Shown here: piece after piece, positions 35,631 to 42,810 of the stretch
How the letters are laid out: each line of letters starts with the position of its first letter
Numbering within the stretch: position 1 is the stretch's first letter
Virus record (IMG/VR): IMGVR_UViG_3300048893_000087
Coordinates: 1-44,613 of that record
From: a virus
Taxonomy: Duplodnaviria > Caudoviricetes
Direction: 5' to 3' (one strand)
Length of the DNA stretch: 44,613 nt
The notes under the pieces: model-generated
Databases searched by the model: none
Told to the model about the DNA's origin: nothing
What the model saw: the letters and a program-made list of their open reading frames with translations, nothing else
Program-made: the position numbers and the translations under genes

Positions 35631-36306
35631 GGAAACGAGAGCGCGGGAGTGCATGAAGCGCTATGGCCTACATCGAAAGCCAGCGCAGGATCAACAACAG
35701 ATCCTTGCCGCCATGCTCGCATTCAACGCCCCTCCCGATGGGGAGCCCCAACCCGTTCCAATGATCCTGTACTGCCCGCAATGCCATTTGCAGCATGTGG
35801 ACGAGCCTGACGAGCGCACGCCGGAGTGGGATAACCCGCCGCATCGCTCGCACCTATGCCACGGTTGCGGATGCATCTGGCGGCCGGCTGACGTTGCTAC
35901 CGAGGGCGTTCGGTCGATCAAGACGGCTGGCAAGGCTGATACGTGGGGGTGGGATGGTGCGTCACTCGCCCTCTCTCCCCACCAGGGTGACCGCGAGGCG
36001 ATTGCGCGGGAGGCGTTGGAACTCGCGCTTCCGATCTTGGAGGCCGAGTACGAGCAGGCCAAGGATGCCGGCGATTCGGATTGGGAGGGGCAATCATTCA
36101 CGGCTTTCGACGCGGTTAAACGAGCCCTCCTACAAGCCCCTCCCCCGACCGATGAGGGGGTTGCTGGGGCGACGCCCGAATGCCCTAACTCGCCCAATTT
36201 CCGGCACCAAGTCGATACCAGCATGGAAAGCGGGCCGAACAACTGCTTCTATTGCGAAAAGTCGATGGCCCCAACTCCTTCCGAGAAAGGAGAGAAGCTG
36301 CCATGA
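35623..36306 (+). CDS. Mosaic multi-module hypothetical protein
   Basis: CPQCHLQHVD..HRSHLCHGCG module, helical module and CPNSP..H..CFYC module joined by Pro-rich linkers. Confidence 0.6.
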   Translation: MDEETRARECMKRYGLHRKPAQDQQQILAAMLAFNAPPDGEPQPVPMILYCPQCHLQHVDEPDERTPEWDNPPHRSHLCHGCGCIWRPADVATEGVRSIKTAGKADTWGWDGASLALSPHQGDREAIAREALELALPILEAEYEQAKDAGDSDWEGQSFTAFDAVKRALLQAPPPTDEGVAGATPECPNSPNFRHQVDTSMESGPNNCFYCEKSMAPTPSEKGEKLP

Positions 36307-36551
36307 CCGAAATGATCGAGCGAGTTGCCAGAAGGCTCACGGCCACACTCAGGCATCATGGCGTCGAAATGCACCCTGACGATATTCGCGGGCTGGCATA
36401 TGATGCGCTGGCTGAAATGCGATCGCATACGCTGGTCTATCGGCAGGACGGCGAGATGGTTCACGAGATGCGCGGTGAGCCGGATGCCATCTGGAAGACG
36501 CTTCTCGCCGCAGCCACCCCAACCCCCTCCGAGAAAGGAGAGAAGCTGTGA
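36303..36551 (+). CDS. Hypothetical protein
   Basis: MTEMIERVARR; flanked by 32-nt direct repeats. Confidence 0.6.
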   Translation: MTEMIERVARRLTATLRHHGVEMHPDDIRGLAYDALAEMRSHTLVYRQDGEMVHEMRGEPDAIWKTLLAAATPTPSEKGEKL

Positions 36552-36706
36552 CCCGCCCCCTGTTCAACAATCGCTGCGGACATGACAAGTATGAGCGCTG
36601 CCACTGCGCCGTCTGCTATCCGAGGACAGCCTTCGTCGAAACGATGATGCGCGCGGCTTCCGAACGCAAATCCCTCCCCACCCCACAGATTGGACCGTCG
36701 GAATGA
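36548..36706 (+). CDS. Small Cys-rich hypothetical protein (52 aa)
   Basis: GTGA/ATGA overlaps; CGHD...CHCAVC. Confidence 0.45.
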   Translation: MTRPLFNNRCGHDKYERCHCAVCYPRTAFVETMMRAASERKSLPTPQIGPSE

Positions 36707-36981
36707 GCAATAGAAAGCGCGTAGTGGCAACCCGCGACCGTCATGAACGCTGCCGGTGGGTTCCGATCGCCGAAGTTCCGAACCAGACGCCGGTTCTTGT
36801 CTGCAACCAAGCCTATCTCGGCTGGCATGCGGTCGCGATACAGAACGCGCTCGGCGAATGGTATGAAAATGGCTCGCGATATGAAAGCCCCCTGAAGTAC
36901 GAGCCGACGCATTATCAGGAATTGCCTTCGATCCAGCCCCTACAGGCTATGTTCGCGCTTCGCCCGGCAGCCGTCCAATGA
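36703..36981 (+). CDS. DUF551-like hypothetical protein
   Basis: WVPIAEVP...VLV...PTHYQELP. Confidence 0.55.
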   Translation: MSNRKRVVATRDRHERCRWVPIAEVPNQTPVLVCNQAYLGWHAVAIQNALGEWYENGSRYESPLKYEPTHYQELPSIQPLQAMFALRPAAVQ

Positions 36982-37409
36982 CCCAGGATACAGAGGCGTT
37001 GAAGGCGGGGGAGGTCGTTGACGCTCTGTTCGCCGATCTGCGCGACCGCAAATTCCTGAAATATCTCTTCGCCGAAGACCCGAGCAATCACGGCGCATAT
37101 GGCTATATCGAGCGCCCATTTGATCTGGACGTTCAGCAAGAGATTGCCGACGCGTGGCGCAAGATCGTTACCTCAGCCTTTTCCCCCATCCCCGATGCGG
37201 GAGAGGTGCAAGCCGTGTCGGGGAGGGATCTGATCGAGAGCAGCGCCTTGACCTTCAGGGATGGCGTGGAGGCTGCTGCGCGGATAGCCGACGAGCGGGC
37301 AACTTGCCGCTTAGAGCTCTATGAAAAGAATGGCGGTCTCGGGAATGCAGCGAAAGCGATCGAAGCCGAACAGATTGCAGCTGCCATCAGGAGGTTGGCC
37401 TGCCCCTGA
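36978..37409 (+). CDS. Hypothetical protein
   Basis: DLRDRKFLK and DGVEAAARIA...IAAAIR modules. Confidence 0.6.
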   Translation: MTQDTEALKAGEVVDALFADLRDRKFLKYLFAEDPSNHGAYGYIERPFDLDVQQEIADAWRKIVTSAFSPIPDAGEVQAVSGRDLIESSALTFRDGVEAAARIADERATCRLELYEKNGGLGNAAKAIEAEQIAAAIRRLACP

Positions 37410-37449
37410 CCCTGCGGCTATTGTCGCTGCCCTGGTGGTGGAATAGGAG

Positions 37450-37611
37450 ATGATGATGGATAACGATTTACAACGGCTCAAAGAGCTCGCTCAGTCGGGG
37501 GGCACTGGCGTCGATCTGGCCGCCTTGTCCGACCAAGAGATCGTAGCGCGCCTTTTCAGGCATCGGGGCGAGAAGGTGGCGCCAGAGCCACTACGCTCTG
37601 GCGCCCGTTAA
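37450..37611 (+). CDS. Hypothetical protein (53 aa)
   Basis: SD AGGAG; ends in an 11-bp hairpin at 37578-37605. Confidence 0.45.
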   Translation: MMMDNDLQRLKELAQSGGTGVDLAALSDQEIVARLFRHRGEKVAPEPLRSGAR

Positions 37612-37730
37612 CCTAAGCGTGTCCCACTTACCTCGGGCAAGAGCCAAGCGACGTTTTCTCTACCTTCCTTCGCCCCCACCGTCAAGGAAATCGCTAGAGG
37701 AACAGTGGGTTTTGGAGTAGGAATGAGGGT

Positions 37731-37931
37731 ATGGAAGATTGGCCGAATTGCATCGTTCCGGGTTGCCCGCGCAAGTGCTGCTTGGCGCTCGATAGCCCGA
37801 AATGCTTCCCGCACACAAAGGGTAACGAGCATGTGAAGCGCTGGAAGATTGAGGCTCGAAATGCCGAATCCGTTGAGGGGCGGTTAGAGCTAAGCGTCGC
37901 CCTCTCCCCACCCGCCCAAGACCCGAGATAG
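37731..37931 (+). CDS. Cys-rich hypothetical protein
   Basis: CIVPGCPRKCC...CFPH. Confidence 0.5.
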   Translation: MEDWPNCIVPGCPRKCCLALDSPKCFPHTKGNEHVKRWKIEARNAESVEGRLELSVALSPPAQDPR

Positions 37932-37959
37932 GAAGATGATGCAAACGAGAAGCGACCCA

Positions 37960-38055
37960 ATGACCGTCACCGAGCTGTTCGGCGGGATTCTGTATTTCGG
38001 CTCCATCATCGGGGCATGCTGGCTGGTGCTTTGGCTAGTGGGCGCCCTGCACTAG
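37960..38055 (+). CDS. Small single-TM peptide (31 aa)
   Basis: MTVTELFGGILYFGSIIGACWLVLWLVGALH. Confidence 0.4.
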   Translation: MTVTELFGGILYFGSIIGACWLVLWLVGALH

Positions 38056-38077
38056 CGCCCGCTTCCGCCGTCGCCGG

Positions 38078-38350
38078 TCATTTCGCGCACCCGGTGAGCA
38101 TCGCCTTCATCTCCCTGCCCCACGAACGCAAACGTAGCGCGCTGGCAGACACCGTGTCCAGATCGCGCCGCGCATCACCAGTCAGCTTGCCCGCCACCTT
38201 CTCAGGTTCGGCTGGCAGATCGGCGAGCTTCACGCAGGGGACGGCGACCGGCTTCTCGACGGTCACGGTTCGAATTTCGACGGCTGGCGGGGGAAGTGAT
38301 CCGGCGCATGCGGTGAGCAGCAATGTCGTTGCGATTGTCAGGCGTTTCAT
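38078..38350 (-). CDS. o-spanin (Rz1-like lipoprotein)
   Basis: Lipobox LLLTAC, Pro-rich, PVAVPC; last gene of the lysis cassette. Confidence 0.75.
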   Translation of the reverse strand: MKRLTIATTLLLTACAGSLPPPAVEIRTVTVEKPVAVPCVKLADLPAEPEKVAGKLTGDARRDLDTVSASALRLRSWGREMKAMLTGCAK

Positions 38351-38369
38351 GGTAGAAAATCCCTGTTGA

Positions 38370-38462
38370 GCATAGGGAAAGCGGCGAGGTGCCGCAGCTG
38401 AGGTACGTGCACGGTAACCTCGGTCCTTTGTGGGGATGGTTCGAATCCAGACCTATGCACCA
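38370..38462 (+). ncRNA. Non-canonical tRNA-like element 1 (CCA end, extended anticodon arm, GCA at loop centre)
   Basis: GCATAGG/CCTATGC-A-CCA; GCGGC/GCCGC; GCTGAGG-TAC/GTA-A-CCTCGGT; TGG-TTCGAAT-CCA. Confidence 0.7.
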
Positions 38463-38879
38463 TCACAATTCGCCGCTATGCTTCAAGAACGTCTCCCCAG
38501 GCACGCAAGGACCGTCCTTGGAGCGCGCCACAGCAGCGGAGGCATCCAGCGCCCGCGCCGTGTCGTTCGATGCCCTGGCGGCCTCCTGAGCGGCAATACG
38601 GGCCTGATCTGCTGCCTTGGTCCGGGCGTCGCTGTCAGTGGCGAGCTTGGCGACTGCAGCGCTCTGGTCGTCCAGTGCTGCGGTGAGCTTGTCGATTGAG
38701 GCGACCTGCACCGCGTTCTTTGCGACCTCGCGCTGGTAGCTGGCCGTCGCTGCGTCTGCTGCCTTGTGCCAATGCCGCGCGTCTGCCTTGGCGAACATCA
38801 GCATCACGCCGAGCAGTCCGACAGCCAGGCCGCCGAGCAGCAATTTCCAATTGCTGAGAATGAATGGAATTGCCATCAT
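38463..38879 (-). CDS. i-spanin (Rz-like)
   Basis: N-terminal TM, Ala-rich coiled coil, C-terminal Cys. Confidence 0.75.
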   Translation of the reverse strand: MMAIPFILSNWKLLLGGLAVGLLGVMLMFAKADARHWHKAADAATASYQREVAKNAVQVASIDKLTAALDDQSAAVAKLATDSDARTKAADQARIAAQEAARASNDTARALDASAAVARSKDGPCVPGETFLKHSGEL

Positions 38880-38977
38880 AACCCCTTCTCCTGCCTCGCC
38901 AGCACACAAAGCAGCGCATAGCCGCAGAGTATGAGCGTCGCTGTGTTGATCGCGAATTGCTTGAGGGTGTGGATCAT
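38876..38977 (-). CDS. 33-aa membrane peptide in the lysis cassette
   Basis: MIHTLKQFAINTATLILCGYALLCVLARQEKGL; SD AGGGA; stop overlaps the Rz start. Confidence 0.5.
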   Translation of the reverse strand: MIHTLKQFAINTATLILCGYALLCVLARQEKGL

Positions 38978-38991
38978 GGTATTAGATCCCT

Positions 38992-39110
38992 GTTGATGTG
39001 GCGGCGTGGATGGACACGCACGATGGCTGGCCCGCCTAGGCCGAGAGTTAGGTAAAGGTTCGAATCCTCGAATATCTCGGAGCCGGTGTCGAACCCGGCG
39101 CACGTCAACG
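38992..39110 (+). ncRNA. Non-canonical tRNA-like element 2 with a nested second T-loop hairpin
   Basis: GTTGATGTG/CACGTCAAC; GCGTG/CACGC; CCGAGA/TCTCGG enclosing AGG-TTCGAAT-CCT; GCCGG-TGTCGAAC-CCGGC. Confidence 0.6.
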
Positions 39111-39113
39111 CTT

Positions 39114-39407
39114 TCACGATCCTTGCTCCGTTGCCGGTGTAGCGGTTCCGTCGCGCGTCAGGACCGCGGTCGCGACGCCGGTATCCTTCTGCTTGATCGC
39201 GAACCCACCAGCCGCGAGGACGGCCGAGAAGCCGCCGCCGAACCCGGTTCCATATTCGATCGGCGAGAACTGCTGGCCCTTTGCCCATAGAGCTATACCG
39301 GCGTAGGCGATGAACGAGACGACGAACGACGCTGAGCCGAATACCCAGATCACGCGGCCCGCCTCGAGCTCGCCGCCCACGCCTTTGAGGATGCTGGAAA
39401 TGCTCAT
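39114..39407 (-). CDS. Putative holin
   Basis: Two hydrophobic segments; directly after the endolysin. Confidence 0.6.
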   Translation of the reverse strand: MSISSILKGVGGELEAGRVIWVFGSASFVVSFIAYAGIALWAKGQQFSPIEYGTGFGGGFSAVLAAGGFAIKQKDTGVATAVLTRDGTATPATEQGS

Positions 39408-39958
39408 GACCAACCACCATCACGTAGAGCGCGCTCAAATGCCTGCGCGTAATCCTCGATCAGATCGGCCTTGTCGTGCCCGTTGATGATCGTCCGTGCG
39501 TTCATGTAATGCTCGCGATCGGCGACCCCTGACATGGGCAAGACAGCCGACAGCTTGACGCCAGTGAACCAGCCATCGTCCATGCCCTTGCGCATGATCT
39601 GCGCGGCAATCGCGGGCTCCATCGCACGGTCTGCATTGGCGATCAGCGAGCCGCCTAGCTCAAGCTCATCATCGGCGCGCTGGTAATTCTTCTCCCAGGT
39701 GAGCTGCACATAGCCGCGCCCGTACCATGGGTAATAGCGCAGATGCGTCTTGCGCCAGTCCTCGGTCAGCCAGAACGCCTCACGCACCGGCTGCATCGTC
39801 TTCGCCGTCTCATGCCAAGGCGTCGCCAGCATATAGGCCGCATGGGCCAGTGGGGCGCCTGCGCAGGCCGCCAGCACCGTTTCGAAGCCCTGCCGTTGCA
39901 TAACCGACAGGCGACCCAGCTTGGCGCTCACGGTCGCGTAGAAGGCGTCCTTGTTCAT
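39404..39958 (-). CDS. Endolysin, glycoside hydrolase family 19-like
   Basis: AYMLAT.WHETAKTMQPVRE, YGRGYVQLTWEKNY, ARTIING. Confidence 0.85.
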   Translation of the reverse strand: MNKDAFYATVSAKLGRLSVMQRQGFETVLAACAGAPLAHAAYMLATPWHETAKTMQPVREAFWLTEDWRKTHLRYYPWYGRGYVQLTWEKNYQRADDELELGGSLIANADRAMEPAIAAQIMRKGMDDGWFTGVKLSAVLPMSGVADREHYMNARTIINGHDKADLIEDYAQAFERALRDGGWS

Positions 39959-40404
39959 GACTTCGGCTCCTCGACATCGCGCTTGATATTCGCCGCGCTG
40001 ATGGTCCTCTGAACGTCGTTCCGCTGTTCGCCCTTCACCTCGACGGGGTCGGGCCTCATGCGCTTCAAGAAGGCTTTGGCGCGGCGCTGGGCGGCGAGTA
40101 GCTCTATCTCTCCTTCCGCGTGCAGCAGCGCGTGGATATGATCTAGAGCTTCATCGATGTGCGCAGCCTTGGCGGACAGCATCCGCTGATCGACCATCTC
40201 GCGGCGCAGCTCACCCATTTCGTCCCGAGCGGCCTTCAGCAAATCGAGCGTCAGGCCGTCGCGGTGCTCCTCGATCGCGGTATCAGCCTTGCGGTCGCTG
40301 GTGCGCTTGGCATCGCGGTCACGGCGCCATTGGATAAGATATGTGCCGACGCTGGTCGCACCGCCACCAGCTACCAGAGTTAGGGTCGTTTCGAGGATAG
40401 TCAC
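39955..40404 (-). CDS. Membrane-anchored coiled-coil protein upstream of the endolysin
   Basis: GTG start; N-terminal hydrophobic segment followed by a coiled coil. Confidence 0.55.
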   Translation of the reverse strand: MTILETTLTLVAGGGATSVGTYLIQWRRDRDAKRTSDRKADTAIEEHRDGLTLDLLKAARDEMGELRREMVDQRMLSAKAAHIDEALDHIHALLHAEGEIELLAAQRRAKAFLKRMRPDPVEVKGEQRNDVQRTISAANIKRDVEEPKS

Positions 40405-40622
40405 GCCCCACCCCCTGTTGCGCTGGTGGTGGGATTGGGGGTAGAGGTAGCGAATGCGCAGCTTTCTCGCCGTGATTGGCTCATCTCTCCGCGCGTGGCG
40501 CACCGCGGTGCATCGGCAGAACGCGCCGGTTGGGACGTGCCGGCTGTGCGGCAACTCAGCGCCGGGTTTCCGCGAGTGCGACGGCTGCTATGAGCCAGGT
40601 GCGCCGTAGAGACGATCATCAC
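40401..40622 (-). CDS. Hypothetical protein
   Basis: Fills the gap exactly with overlaps at both ends. Confidence 0.35.
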   Translation of the reverse strand: MMIVSTAHLAHSSRRTRGNPALSCRTAGTSQPARSADAPRCATRGEMSQSRRESCAFATSTPNPTTSATGGGA

Positions 40623-42370
40623 GGCAACGTGATGTGGCGAGCAAGGGTCGCCCCTACGAAGTCAATAGATCCCGACATGGCGACACCCGCCCGGTAGCCG
40701 ATCGCCAAGCCCGCGAGGATCGAAGTCTTGGCGGTATCATACAGGTTCCACGGCGCCGGCATGCCCAGATGATAATCGCCGTCGAGCTGCGGCAAGATAT
40801 CGCTCGCCGACGACAGCTGATTACCCCAATAGGCGCTCGCACCGGTCGCGTTTGGCTGATAGTACAACTGGAAGCATGACACGCCGTTGAGAGCGTTGCA
40901 GGTGATGTCCCATCGGTTGTCGAGCAGCAGCCCACCCGACGCATAGCCGCTGATATCAACCGGTGTCAGGTTATAGACGGCCATCGCACCAAAGCCCGAC
41001 CCTCCCGGCGTTCCGCTGAAGGTCATGCGCAACGCGTTGAAGTCGGTTCGGTTATATTTCGTGTTGAGATAGCTGCACGGCACAACGCTGAAATCGATCG
41101 TCAAGCCCGAGACAGAGCCGCCGAATACCCAACCAGCCGCCGCTACACCCGCATTGGTGACCGTCGAGCTCGGGAACGACACGAGCCCGCCCGAACCGCC
41201 GAAGCGGCCAATGGTGCCGTAGAGGTTCCCGCGCTTACCGTCAGCCGAATCATAAGCGTCGCTGCCGTGAATGATTGCCGGATCGCGAGGCGGGAACAGG
41301 CGGGCGAGAACCGGCCCCAGCGCGTACTGGCCTATGCCACAGCCGCCATAGACATTTTCATGCAGGCCGTCATAGGTCGTGTTGCCCAAGGCGCCGGTCG
41401 CCCCGCCCTTGGGGATGAACAACGCCGAACTGGTATCAACCATCCAGCCGTTTTCGTCGACGATCGAGATATCGGCGTTCAGTGCCGCAAATTGATGGAG
41501 TGCCCGGTTACGAGCGGCAGTGTATTTCGCCTGGAGTGCAGTTGGCGTGCCGCTGCCCACCGGGCCGATCACGAACAGGATGATCCGCTTAATGCCGGCC
41601 GTCCGCATCAGGCCGCACCAAGTGATGATATTCGCGACAGTCGAGCCGGCGCCCGTATCCGCAGCCAGTACATCGTTGACGCCGCACCGGTAGATTGCCG
41701 TATCGCAGCCTCGAGCAATCGCCGCATAGCAGCGCGCAAGGCGGGTCGGATGCAGCACCCCGAGCGGTACGGGCGTCACGCCGTAATAGTCGGTGCCGGC
41801 CGTCGCGGACGTGCCTGTGGTCGATCCGTTGACGCCGAGATTATCGACGGCTGGGTCATAGTAGACATCGACCGGGTATTTCGCGAGAGCCCAGTTGAGC
41901 GCAGAACTTGAGAGACTTCCACCAAGGATGACCGATTTGCTGTCACCCTCGACGAATATCCGATGTCCGGAGGTTCGGGCATAGGCATACTGCGCGATCG
42001 TGGTGGCAAACTCGGCCATGAGCGCCGGCCCCATGGTCTCGACAGCCGCGACAGATGCCGCGATGGCCTCCGAGACGATCGCGTCTGCGTCGATACCCCG
42101 TACGGGATCGGCCTCTGGGGCCAGCAACACCCCCGCCGCGCTCGTCAGCCGGACGCGATACGCAGTATCTGGGTCAAGAAAAATCGACGGGAACGACCCG
42201 AAAGCATCAGCGACCACCGGATTTGTAAGGGCGACCGTCCGGGCGTCATCGGCATAGATGTTAACGAGTGTCGAGGTGCCGGTAAGATAGAAGTAAAGCT
42301 TGGCCCCGGGCGCGATAAGCCCGGCCTTGGTTGTGGTGCGCACAAAGGGCGATAGGAATATTTGAGACAT
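40619..42370 (-). CDS. Tail spike / receptor-binding protein with SGNH esterase domain
   Basis: N-terminal head-binding-like GAKLYFYLTGTST...NPVVADAFG; EGDS, GVND and DGLH blocks. Confidence 0.75.
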   Translation of the reverse strand: MSQIFLSPFVRTTTKAGLIAPGAKLYFYLTGTSTLVNIYADDARTVALTNPVVADAFGSFPSIFLDPDTAYRVRLTSAAGVLLAPEADPVRGIDADAIVSEAIAASVAAVETMGPALMAEFATTIAQYAYARTSGHRIFVEGDSKSVILGGSLSSSALNWALAKYPVDVYYDPAVDNLGVNGSTTGTSATAGTDYYGVTPVPLGVLHPTRLARCYAAIARGCDTAIYRCGVNDVLAADTGAGSTVANIITWCGLMRTAGIKRIILFVIGPVGSGTPTALQAKYTAARNRALHQFAALNADISIVDENGWMVDTSSALFIPKGGATGALGNTTYDGLHENVYGGCGIGQYALGPVLARLFPPRDPAIIHGSDAYDSADGKRGNLYGTIGRFGGSGGLVSFPSSTVTNAGVAAAGWVFGGSVSGLTIDFSVVPCSYLNTKYNRTDFNALRMTFSGTPGGSGFGAMAVYNLTPVDISGYASGGLLLDNRWDITCNALNGVSCFQLYYQPNATGASAYWGNQLSSASDILPQLDGDYHLGMPAPWNLYDTAKTSILAGLAIGYRAGVAMSGSIDFVGATLARHITLP

Positions 42371-42472
42371 GGACGAACCCGCTTCATAGAGGCATGACCC
42401 ACCTGCGGGGTTCGTCTGGTCTCCCTATACGGGATGTTGCCCTGAACGGCAAGTTCCACTACACGTGGCCGG

Positions 42473-42697
42473 ATGCGAACAGCGCTCCTCGCGGCCCTCC
42501 TGCTGACGGCCTGCACTCCCGCCCTGACGGGCTCAAATTCCAGAGGCGGAATGATTCATATGGGGCTTGGCCCTGACAAGCGCGCCAAGGCATTCAATCT
42601 CGCCGAAGCCGAATGCGCAAAGGCGGGCCGGGTGGCAGTCGAGACCCATCATAGCGAATGGGATAATTCATTCAGTTATCAGTGCGTCGATAAATGA
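42473..42697 (+). CDS. Small lipoprotein moron (possible superinfection exclusion)
   Basis: Lipobox LLLTAC; two further Cys; opposite strand to the late operon. Confidence 0.65.
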   Translation: MRTALLAALLLTACTPALTGSNSRGGMIHMGLGPDKRAKAFNLAEAECAKAGRVAVETHHSEWDNSFSYQCVDK

Positions 42698-42810
42698 GCG
42701 ACACCGTGCGTCTGATCGCAGCAGTCATCGGATTCGGCCTTGGCGGTGAGCTTATGTACCGCTGGCGAACACGCAAATCACGGTTGGCTGCCAAGATAAT
42801 CGACCGCTAG
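42694..42810 (+). CDS. Small membrane peptide (38 aa)
   Basis: ATGA overlap; LIAAVIGFGLGG followed by a basic tail. Confidence 0.4.
   Translation: MSDTVRLIAAVIGFGLGGELMYRWRTRKSRLAAKIIDR

Noticed and set aside
34223-36551. CRISPR array or integron cassette array
   Set aside because: Repeats are few, separated by whole genes, and lack CRISPR periodicity or attC palindromic structure
38370-38462. Ordinary tRNA-Cys or tRNA-Sec
   Set aside because: A73 discriminator, no U8, over-long anticodon stem, weak T-stem and no UCA anticodon; reported as tRNA-like instead
40619-42370. Diversity-generating retroelement targeting the tail spike
   Set aside because: No reverse transcriptase ORF and no TR/VR repeat pair noticed
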